Source of the DNA: Giardia intestinalis
Lineage: Eukaryota
Length of the DNA: 64,000 nucleotides
Reading direction: 5' to 3' (one strand)
Assembly (NCBI GenBank): GCA_000002435.2
Contig: CM018793.1
The position numbers and the translations under genes are program-made. Positions 1 to 9,254 of the stretch are shown here, one piece after another; within the stretch, counting starts at the first letter, position 1, and every line of letters begins with the position of its first letter. The notes beneath the pieces were generated by a model. That model saw only the letters and a list, made by a program, of their open reading frames with translations, made no database searches and had not been told where the DNA came from.

Positions 1-70
1 GTGACTAGTAGGTATGAGAGAATCAGGGTGGATCTAGTCAAGGAAGAGCGAGGAGATGCTATCAGAGGGA
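1..70. repeat. Left arm of a perfect 70-bp inverted repeat flanking the VSP gene. It starts at window base 1 and may extend upstream.
   Basis: Reverse complement of 1765-1834 equals 1-70 base for base (checked in 10-mers); the match breaks at 71 / 1764. Confidence 0.9.
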
Positions 71-412
71 ACGCAGGGAGACGTTAAACTGACGATCCTT
101 AAGTGAGCGAGAGGCCGAGCTTGACACCACACAAACAGATAGAATCTTTGGAATGCACGTAGAAATGAGACAGCCTGTCTCTCCGGACGGGGATACAATG
201 TGCTGGGATTGCAGCGATGGACTGCCATACAGGTTCCTCCGTCATGAAGGGTTATAAAGGAGCGCTGGCGTGGCAAGCGACACTACTACTGGATGGAGTG
301 CGCTGGAAGATCCTAGAAAGGATCCTTGCGGGCTAATTGGCTGTTAAACATTCTTCTCCTGACGTCTCATATTACTGAGTGAAACCACAAGCAACACGTG
401 AGTCGAGCACCA

Positions 413-1525
413 ATGTTACTACCAGCTCTCTGCTTTTTGATGAGCGGCCTCGCCGCGCAACGCACTAAACAACCCACGTCCGGCTGCCAGGTCGACAACT
501 GCGAGCGGTGCGTCCCCAGCGACGAAACAAAGTGCGAGGCGTGTAACTCTGGCTTCGACCTCGACGAAAACACAAAGCAGTGCAACCCAGCGCCGGCCGA
601 GTGCCCGATCGTGAACTGCCAGACGTGCTCCCAGGACAAGCAGACTTGCGTGGCATGTGAACCAGGCAAGCATCTGACCCCGACGAAGAAGGCATGCTTA
701 GATGCCTGCCCTGTCGGAACGTATCTATCCGGACAAACGTGCGCGCCCTGCGACCCCTCCTGTGCGGAGTGCAGCGGGGCCGGCGCTTCCAAGTGCACGG
801 CCTGTCCCGCCGGGAAGATGCTGAGGTACACCGACGAGACCAAGCTTAATGAGGGCGGCCAGTGCGTGGAGCAATGTGTGGAGGGCCCGGAGTGCGAGAC
901 GTGCGGCCTAACAATTGGAGGTACCAAGTACTGCTCGAAGTGCAAGGGGAGCAACGTGCCGCTCAATGGCGTCTGCACAAGCAACGCGGCCAGGACTCAG
1001 TTCTGCACCACTGCCGCTGACGGTGCCTGCACGGCCTGCGCCGCCGGATACTTCATCCAGGAGGGCGGGTGCTACCAGACGACGAGGCTCCCCGGGAAGA
1101 GCATCTGCACGACTGACAATGGAGGGAAATGCCAAACGTGTGCTAACGGACAAACCCCAGACGGAGGGACTGGAGTGTGCCCGTTGTGCGACTCCACCTG
1201 CAAGACGTGCACAGCAGGACAGACACAGCAGTGTCAAACTTGCTTCTCTGGGTACTATAAGTCTGGAACAAAGTGTGTGAAGTGTGATGCTAGTGACGGC
1301 CAAATTACTGGCGTAACCGATTGCGTGAGTTGTGCTCCACCATCTGGTGATAGCGGTTCTGTCACTTGCTATGTGAAGATGGATGGCAGCAGTGGAGGGA
1401 ATAGCACGAACAAGAGCGGGCTCTCCACGGGGGCCATAGCTGGTATCGCCGTGGCTGCTGTCATAGTTGTTGGTGGTCTCGTCGGCTTCCTCTGCTGGTG
1501 GTTCATCTGTAGAGGAAAAGCATAG
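413..1525 (+). CDS. Variant-specific surface protein (VSP).
   Basis: The ORF-track start at 398 is GTG; the first ATG is at 413 and gives the signal peptide MLLPALCFLMSGLAAQ. There are many CXXC motifs and a GGCY motif. The C-terminal hydrophobic anchor AIAGIAVAAVIVVGGLVGFLCWWFI is followed by the invariant Giardia VSP tail CRGKA and a stop. Confidence 0.93.
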   Translation: MLLPALCFLMSGLAAQRTKQPTSGCQVDNCERCVPSDETKCEACNSGFDLDENTKQCNPAPAECPIVNCQTCSQDKQTCVACEPGKHLTPTKKACLDACPVGTYLSGQTCAPCDPSCAECSGAGASKCTACPAGKMLRYTDETKLNEGGQCVEQCVEGPECETCGLTIGGTKYCSKCKGSNVPLNGVCTSNAARTQFCTTAADGACTACAAGYFIQEGGCYQTTRLPGKSICTTDNGGKCQTCANGQTPDGGTGVCPLCDSTCKTCTAGQTQQCQTCFSGYYKSGTKCVKCDASDGQITGVTDCVSCAPPSGDSGSVTCYVKMDGSSGGNSTNKSGLSTGAIAGIAVAAVIVVGGLVGFLCWWFICRGKA

Positions 1526-1535
1526 ATACTTAGGT

Positions 1536-1542
1536 AGTAAAC
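1536..1542 (+). terminator. Putative Giardia-type polyadenylation signal (AGTAAAC) 11 nt after the VSP stop codon.
   Basis: The sequence agtaaac matches the Giardia AGTRAAY consensus and sits immediately 3' of the TAG at 1523-1525. Confidence 0.6.
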
Positions 1543-1764
1543 GCATCAACCATTCTATTAACAATTGTATGATCTCTGTAGCTATTGCTGAAGGTCTTTG
1601 AGGATGACCCTCTAGTGAAAGCTTAGACCGAGATAGAAGGTGAAAAGCAGGCTGACTTTTCATCAGGCGACACGACTCTGCTAATTCATTGTTTCGGCTA
1701 TCTACAGGTATATTTCGCAATTTAGATTCATGTCCCTGGCCTGTCTGACTCAGTATCTCCTTGC

Positions 1765-1834
1765 TCCCTCTGATAGCATCTCCTCGCTCTTCCTTGACTA
1801 GATCCACCCTGATTCTCTCATACCTACTAGTCAC
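1765..1834. repeat. Right arm of the 70-bp inverted repeat. It is followed by a nested palindrome, actagtcac (1826-1834), a 10-nt spacer, then gtgactagt (1845-1853).
   Basis: Direct comparison with 1-70. The terminal 9-mer of the repeat recurs in inverted orientation 10 nt outside the arm. Confidence 0.9.
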
Positions 1835-4800
1835 ATTCAGAACAGTGACTAGTCAGCAATTACGTCTGACTCTTATACCCTTCCTTATGAAGAGCACCAT
1901 GGCCTCCAGACCCGCTGGGAGGATGCTGGGCTCTCAGAAGAAGGGACCGAGCACTTGTATATCTTTCTTGGACGTTGGGCCTTGAGCATTTGCCATCCTT
2001 GGCTAAGGGCTCCACTGTGGTGTGACTGGATATACTCATGCTTATCTATGGCTGATCTCGCAATGATGGACCAGAGGCTATCCCTGAAGACCACAGCTCC
2101 ATATCCTTCATCAACCAAGTTACTTGAAGCAAAAAGATTAGCCTCATGTCGGCCATCCACGATCATACAAGCCCTGTAACATACGCACCGAGTACTTGTG
2201 CGCCCCTTGCGGTGTGTGGGCATTGTGCTGCAACATGGGAGAAGGCTGGGACCAGGCAGCCACTCATAGTGTGTCAATAAAGCACCAGCTGCTTCCAGAT
2301 TTGACAATGATAACAGCGAAGAGGTGCGTCCGGTGGCTGTCTGATTGGCCGTTCTTGGCTGCTGTGCCCACTATTGCCTTTACTTAGCTTTAGGCAGATG
2401 CACTAAACAGCTAGCTCCCGACTACCCGAGCAGGAAGTGATAAATAGGGCACACCTCTGAACGAGCACGTATCAGTACAGAATACTTTGTTTCCAGCTGG
2501 AGGTATCTTATATCGGGCGACGGGGCTGGTTGTGGTGCATCCCGCCACCAGATGGCTTCCGTCGGTTTCCCGTACGTCCCGTGCCAATCTGGGTCACCTG
2601 TACGCGCCCAGGATGAAGCTGTAATACTAACCAGATGGCCACAGCATCCTGTGCCCAGGTTACTAGACTTCGGAGCACACCTGCATGTCCGCGAGGTCTG
2701 CCGCATGTGCTTCCGCGGACGGTGTGTAACTAAGGTTAGCAAGGACTCAGCGCCCAGCAGAGGGGCCGGAGAGCGCATGAGGATCCGACTGGCCTGACAG
2801 GCAGTGCAGGCCCGTACTGTCTCTAGCAGTCAGCCTCCACCCTTCCTGTGTCTGGATGTAGCACCACAGGGTCCGTGTCCTGCTCGTTGAGTAAGAGGCC
2901 CTTAGAACGCATACAGTGCCAGGGCAGGTATTCTGTTGAGCCACGTAGAGATACTTGTAATGAGAGCATAACGCTTGATCTCTTTTCTTGTGGCATCCAA
3001 GATAGCTGGTGCGCGGCCAGCGGTGAGCAGAGAACTGGAAGGCATAGTCACGCGATCTAGCCACTCTCCGTACCCATGAATCGTGGTATTGTTTATCCAA
3101 ATTCTTGGCTAGTATGGCGCCCGTCGTAGGCAGTATTAGTATTGGACACAGGAAGCTTCAATAGCCGGCTCGCCACCGGATCGACGTAGGCTACAGAGGT
3201 GCCATTGATCAGCAGCCAAGAGAACTACTTGTTCCTGCTTTGTCATGTGTACATATAAATGAAGCTCCCGGCATGCAGTTCTATTGCTTCACGGAGAGCA
3301 GCGCATGATAAGGTACCAATAGAAGCAGGATCAGCCCTCAGAACACGCACGTCTCCGTCTTCATCGAGACTCTCGCCATCAAGTTTTGATGGACTGCAGC
3401 GCATCCTAGCCCATAGCAGCACCTTCTGTGTAAGGATGGAGCCGCAGTAGAACAGCCCCGCGGAGCTCTCATGGCCGGCAGTCGACCGTGTCACTAGCTA
3501 CTACTTCCCAGACATGGCTAGCCTCCCATGCTGGCGTAACTGGCTATAGTATGTGATACACATCGTAGTAGTACCCCTTAATTGACTAAGCACGTGCCGG
3601 AGGGCTCCGCGGTGATCCCTCCTGAATCTAGCATTACCTTCTAGAAGCTATCCGTTCGACACACTGCAATCAGTGGGTGCAGAAAGGCAAGTGCTAGCAA
3701 GACAGCCTACAGGGCACTGGTTAGCATTCTGGGGGCTAGAAGCTACCTAACTGCCTTCGACCCAAACGCGACATCTCATCTATTCAAGAGACTGCGCGTG
3801 GTCCTTTGGTAAACGCTAATCCCCTAGATGCATGCTGCCTAGTCAGCTTATCGACCAAATTCCGTGTGCTGGTTGGCAGGGGTCGCATGTTGGTAGCTGT
3901 CCCCAGATGTTTGCCCTCGAGGACGACTCCAGCACTGCCTCGGGCGCGATCTTTTTCCTCGGCAAGAGACCGTTCCGCTTATCCCATTTCGATTGGTCAG
4001 CCCTTGTACACAGCCCCGGCGATAGACCAATTGTAACAAGCTAAATTTACAAGCTCAAGTCTTTTGTGCATTGCACAGCCCCACCGACCGCCAGTTCGGC
4101 CATCCTACGGCGGAAACTCCTTAACTCGTTCCGAATTAGGAAGAGAAGCGCCGTCAGGCCCCGCCAGTACTGCGATCGGAGACGTCGTGGGAACACGGGG
4201 TGCCGAACTTTCCCAGCGCGCCTGCTGCCCACCTTCGCCGAGTTCGTTGGGAGCGCAGGCAGGCTTGAAGGGCGGCGAGTGCGCAGGTGGGTATATCGCC
4301 GAGGCGAGGTATGGGGCTCCTTCGACGCCTATACCAGCTGGCTAGCAAGTCACCTCAATATAAAGAAAGACCTTCAGGTAACCCTTACTTCGAAGGAGCT
4401 CCTCTGCTATAGGCATCTGTGAAAGCGTCCGCTGTGGCGCGTCTGCAAGATATGGAATGGAGTAACAGGGTGCTTGAAACAGTTTGCAGTCTTCAGAATA
4501 GCCTACTTGCGTGCCAATGCAACACCGCGGAGCAACGTGCATGGGTCTCAGCGGTGTGCGTCACTCACGTTGGAAGGGTGTGCGGCCGCATGCTTGATGT
4601 GGCACGGCTGTAATCCGCAAGGAGCGCTCCCTGGTTCTTTCTCGAAGTAATTGGAGGTACAAGAACAGCCATATCACGGATGTACAAACCACCCACCAAT
4701 AGGCACGTGTGATGCTAGCGAGACACTCCTTAAAGGATTGCTGATCCATAGCGGTTACTTTTAGGCGAGCCCGAGGTACTGCCTTCTTGCTCGGAGAAGC

Positions 4801-5963
4801 ACATGTGATAGCGGTCCAGGTTGTTTGCAAAGATCTGTGATCTAGGGGCCGCGCTGTACGGGCAGGGTTAAGTACTTCTGCGCATATCTACGCGGTATCT
4901 GAAGACTCTTACAGATACGCATGAACTAGTTACTTGGCATATGCTAGTACGCATCACAGTAGGTGGAGAGCCGAGACGATACCTTTTGGGTACGTTCTTC
5001 TACGCATTTGACCACAGATCCTACTATGGCTGCGCCGAGACAGGGAACGCGTGTCTTGCAGAGAGGCCGTACATTATGGTTAAGCAGAACACCGAGATGC
5101 AGCTTCTATGGGTAGAAGTGCAAGGTGGCATGTGCTGTTGATTGGTGAGTCAGTGGCCAGCTTATCAGCGTCAGAATGCGGCCTTGGCTAACGTTAGGTA
5201 GATTAGCTCTCTCTGCAGAGGGTTGTAGAGCTCAGACAGGCCCATAGCAAGCAGAAATCAGGGCACGCAATGTGTGAAGGTACTTAGCCATTAATCCTAG
5301 ACTGTGTGTACAAAAACGCGTCGTTGCTGCCTTGTATCAAGCAGAAGGATATAAGCACCAGTGTGTACACGTTTCTTGCTATCAACTTTCTTGCATAAGC
5401 CCCGCAGTCCATGCAAGAAAGCAAAACAGCGCACTACACGACCTAGCACTACGACTTGTAGGGTTCTCTGTGCTGCGCAAGTATACAGGACAAGTGCAGC
5501 CCGGCTCTTCCTTAGAACAAGAGCTGTATCCCGATGTGATCCTCAGCTGCACGATAGTAGGGAAGGATGCGTCGGCCTTCTAGGGAAAGCCTATGGTCGC
5601 TGGAGCTGAGGACAAGGCAAGGCGATTCTGGTCTGGAGTAGTCTAGGTGGGCTCTACTGCAGCACAGATATGTTTCACGTGGTTTGCGAGATCACCGCAG
5701 TGAGTAGCTGTATAGAGCGTCAGATGAAGGCCGTCACGGAAGGATTGCAAAGGACGACTAGCAGAAAGCTGTAATGTTAGTAACCATTCTAATTGAAGAA
5801 GCCTGGCGTGCACAATCATTCAAGATAACAGATCAACGCCCTGCACAGCCTATGGCTCCCGAATGCCACACAACTTCTGGAAGGCCTTTGTGTCAGTACT
5901 GGTCGTCACGCTACCGTCCAGGGCCCACGCTTGTGCCTCTCCACTACCTGTTCTAAAAAACCA

Positions 5964-6665
5964 ATGCCCCCCGACGTGAAGCTTTCAGAAACCATGAAGA
6001 AGAACTATGCAGGACTACAGGAAACGGATCTCCGGAATGTCTACGTCGTCGTATGCATGCATTCGCTGAAGGCCCGGACACGTGGAATCACGGCCTCTGA
6101 GGTGAAGGACGTCCTGCAGAGGCGGGGCTACACCGCAGGAAACGTCGCCGACTCACTGAAGAAGCTCGAAACACGGCAGCTGATAGTCTCGGTACAGGAA
6201 AAGCAGGCGCGATACTATTTCCCAAAGGAGCTTTCCCGGGCCAGCGACGCCGTCTCCTCGTCCTTGGCCGGCCGGTTCAGCGATGACGAACTCTCCAAGC
6301 TGTCTGCCCTTGTGTACAAGGCGGTGGGACGCGCGCCTGTCGTCTTCGATGACATCTGCAAGGCCATTCAGAAGAACGAGGTCGGGACTCTAACACCTGA
6401 GGAGGTCCGGGTGATCGTGGGGGCCTTGATAGCAGATGGCGCTGTGGTGGAGATGCTCACAAACATGGGTCCGGCATATCGATCAGTCAACAGCGACTTC
6501 TACTCCTACTGCCCGAGCTACGACCAGGTGCCTGGACACCAGGGCATGCACGTGGCAGCAACCCCCTGCTGCAAGTGCCCTCACCTGTATGTTTGTGGCC
6601 CGGGGAGCGCCATCTCTCCCGAGCAATGTCTTTATATCAACCAGTGGCTGAGCGGGGCCGACTAG
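5964..6665 (+). CDS. RPC34: RNA polymerase III subunit RPC34/RPC6 (POLR3F-like).
   Basis: The ORF-track start at 5931 is TTG; the first ATG at 5964 is preceded by aaaaaacca. The C-terminal Cys cluster (PCCKCPHLYVCGPGSAISPEQCLYINQWL) closely parallels the RPC6 4Fe-4S tail (PCGLCPVF...ISPSNCIYMTEWL). Confidence 0.8.
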   Translation: MPPDVKLSETMKKNYAGLQETDLRNVYVVVCMHSLKARTRGITASEVKDVLQRRGYTAGNVADSLKKLETRQLIVSVQEKQARYYFPKELSRASDAVSSSLAGRFSDDELSKLSALVYKAVGRAPVVFDDICKAIQKNEVGTLTPEEVRVIVGALIADGAVVEMLTNMGPAYRSVNSDFYSYCPSYDQVPGHQGMHVAATPCCKCPHLYVCGPGSAISPEQCLYINQWLSGAD

Positions 6666-6779
6666 CCTGTGCTCTTTGGCTGTTCTTCCCGGCCGATTCC
6701 AGAGCCAGCCGCCGGCTCAGTCTCGGACCCGGCAGAAGGACGAGGCGCCGACTGCACGTCTGCATAGCATAGAGCTCCA

Positions 6780-7571
6780 TCACTAGCGAGTGTTTCAATA
6801 AGCTTTAACTTACTGAACCTTTGACTCTGTCTTTAGCGCTCTTGTGTAATTAAGACTTAGAAGGATACGTACTACCTTTAATACTAGATATTTAGAAAGG
6901 CTCAGCATATTTTAGATATGATTACTTTCACTCTCATTAAACCCAGGACTACGCTCATGGAACGTCTGAGCTTATATGCCTCCATATTTTGTAATATAAC
7001 TTAGATATTTATGAATCTTAATGTAAATATAATGTTTTGCTTAGGGCTTATCCATTTTTAATGTGTAGCAGCCTATTCAGGGTGGGCTGGCTTTAGCGTT
7101 AGCAATGAGCTCAATCATTACTGCTAAAACTTTTGCCATCGAGGAGAAGAGGGTGACTTTTTGGATTTTAAAAGCACTTATGAGCATTCTGTTAGAAACT
7201 TAACAGTAATTTATTTCCTGAGATTGATACTTCTGATTTTAAATCTGAATTTCCTTTACTAGTCTATTGCTTTCCCGTCAAAATGAGCTTAGTGATTTGC
7301 AAAATACGATAGTACTTCAATTTTAGAGTGGTCACTGTCAGAGTGATGCTTCACGTCTACGCCACTTCTTTGGAGCTTATACAGTGATGATTTTAGAGCT
7401 ACATTATCACCTTGCTCTCTATCCATGAACTGAAGGAAGGCATTCTACATCCTTGTTCTCATCCTAAGTGTTAGTGCAAGCATAATGGGGAATTAGAACT
7501 ACTCGCGAGACGGCATTGTCACACTAGTCTACTGAAGTTTCCTGGGGCACCGTAATTTAAAAATCACAACT
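6780..7571. other. AT-rich ORF-free spacer of about 800 bp upstream of the CCA-enzyme gene. It is unusually long for this gene-dense genome.
   Basis: Visibly low GC versus the flanking genes; no ORF of 60 aa or more in any frame; it ends in an A-rich run immediately before the ATG at 7572. Confidence 0.6.
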
Positions 7572-9182
7572 ATGGCTTCAGAGCCGTGTTCCAAGAGCCA
7601 ACAACTATCGACATCTATTCAAGTAACAGAAAGTGAGGCACGTCTTTTCAACACTCTTTTGGCTGCCATAGCCTCGGTCAATAAGCAAGATACTACACTG
7701 CGTGTGGCAGGGGGGTGGGTTCGTGACAAGCTACTCGGGTATGAATCTCATGACATAGACATAGCGGTAGATAACATGACGGGCGTTGAATTAGGTACGA
7801 TCATCAACGAGTACATAACATCTCAGGGAGAGACTGTGCACAAAATGGGGGTCGTAAGTCAAAACCCGGAGAAGTCTAAACATCTAGAAACAGCTTGTAT
7901 AACAGTGTGTGGTTATGACGTGGATTTGGTAAATCTACGTGCGGAGTCTTATCAGGAAACTAGCAGAGTCCCCAGTGCAATAAAGTTTGGGAGCCCCCAT
8001 GAAGATGCGTTGCGTAGAGACTTTACAGTCAATGCGCTGTTTTATAATATAAATACAAGAGAGATTGAAGATTTTACAGGCCAAGGGCTTGCAGATTTAA
8101 AAAGTAGATTGATTAGAACACCATTAGATTATAATATAACCTTTTATGACGATCCTCTCCGCATACTTAGAGCTATTCGTTTCTCGAAGAGGCTGGGTTT
8201 CGAGTTGGACAAAAAGATGTATCAGGCAGTAGAAAGTAAAGAGCTTACAGCAAGATTGCAGATAGTTTCTAGACAGCGATACAACAAGGAGCTTATAGAA
8301 ATCCTCTCAGGAGAGACTGCACTTTGTGGCCTTCGTGGTCTATTTAATATGCACATATTTGAGGAGATCTTTCTGTACATTCTAAACACTTCTATGAATA
8401 AAGAGCTGAATGTACACTCAATATATCAGAGAACAGTGGAAATCTGGGAAGAGTATTCTACTGCTGCGCAGAAGGTAAAAGAAAAGCTCTACATTGATGC
8501 TCTGAAGGTTAATTTAGACACACTCTACTACTTCATTTCACTACTTTCTATCGGGCTGGCTATTAACGAGGCGCTGCTTGACCAGGATGCTTCAACCTCC
8601 GCTGCAGACGTATCAATAGCTGTTAGGTTCCTTGATGAGCCGGTGAAGGGGAATCAGAGTTGTAAAACAATGCCCATCATGTGGTATGTAGCTAGAGTCT
8701 GCTGTGCTTCAACAAACACCGTTGCAGAGACGTTGTCGGATGCTCATATGTACAGGGCTTCTCTTGGATTAAAAGACCTAGCCCCTGAGGAACACATTCT
8801 ATTGTTCAGAGGATACAACAAACATGCTGTCCTTCTCTCTCTTTGTACACTGGCTCTTACCCCACACTTTGAAGATCTAGTAGTCACATACAGACTGGAC
8901 AAACCTGCACATCTTTTGGTCTTGCTAGATGCAAAGCTTAATGTGAATGTCCCACAGCTAGCACTCCTTTGTGATATCAAAGATAAGCGGAGGTTCCGAC
9001 GCGTAAAAGAGGCAGCAATCCTTTGTTATCTTTCAGACAGTGTTCTTCTAGAGTCTCTCAAAACACACAGTCTATTAAGGCCAGAATTCACATTCGAGTA
9101 CTGTAAGAACAAACTAGATGACATACTGAGGATCTTGCAAAACATGCAGAACGGTAGAGATGATGTGCCAATAGACAAATGA
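7572..9182 (+). CDS. tRNA nucleotidyltransferase (CCA-adding enzyme), class II poly(A) polymerase / CCA family.
   Basis: The motif GGWVRDKLLG, then the DIDIAVDNMTG Asp pair, RRDFTVNALFYN and a head domain of the expected length. ATG is at 7572 with an A-rich leader. Confidence 0.85.
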   Translation: MASEPCSKSQQLSTSIQVTESEARLFNTLLAAIASVNKQDTTLRVAGGWVRDKLLGYESHDIDIAVDNMTGVELGTIINEYITSQGETVHKMGVVSQNPEKSKHLETACITVCGYDVDLVNLRAESYQETSRVPSAIKFGSPHEDALRRDFTVNALFYNINTREIEDFTGQGLADLKSRLIRTPLDYNITFYDDPLRILRAIRFSKRLGFELDKKMYQAVESKELTARLQIVSRQRYNKELIEILSGETALCGLRGLFNMHIFEEIFLYILNTSMNKELNVHSIYQRTVEIWEEYSTAAQKVKEKLYIDALKVNLDTLYYFISLLSIGLAINEALLDQDASTSAADVSIAVRFLDEPVKGNQSCKTMPIMWYVARVCCASTNTVAETLSDAHMYRASLGLKDLAPEEHILLFRGYNKHAVLLSLCTLALTPHFEDLVVTYRLDKPAHLLVLLDAKLNVNVPQLALLCDIKDKRRFRRVKEAAILCYLSDSVLLESLKTHSLLRPEFTFEYCKNKLDDILRILQNMQNGRDDVPIDK

Positions 9183-9254
9183 ATGGTGAGCGAGCTTACT
9201 AGATAATGTAGAGTAAGTAGCCGCTTTTATCGGTGCAACTTGTAATATGATAGA

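Noticed and set aside
398-412. ORF-track start positions at GTG/TTG (398, 5931, 12690, 17035, 17862, 18813, 42284, 42680, 44958, 53148, 54414, 55224, 60391, 60440, 63986).
   Set aside because: Inspection shows these start codons are GTG, TTG or CAC/CAA on the opposite strand, a bacterial start table. This is a eukaryote, so I moved each CDS to the first in-frame ATG, which usually has an A/T-rich leader.
367-1834. Long antisense ORFs across the VSP gene (367..984 -, 908..1834 - with 308 aa, 915..1280 +).
   Set aside because: These are artefacts of GC-rich, Cys-codon-rich (TGC/TGT) sequence, whose complement GCA gives Ala/Arg/Ser-rich open frames. They have no start context and overlap a clearly genuine VSP. 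The same reasoning applies to 55758..56789 + and related ORFs inside the HCMP and to 46207..46760 - inside the VSP-like ORF.
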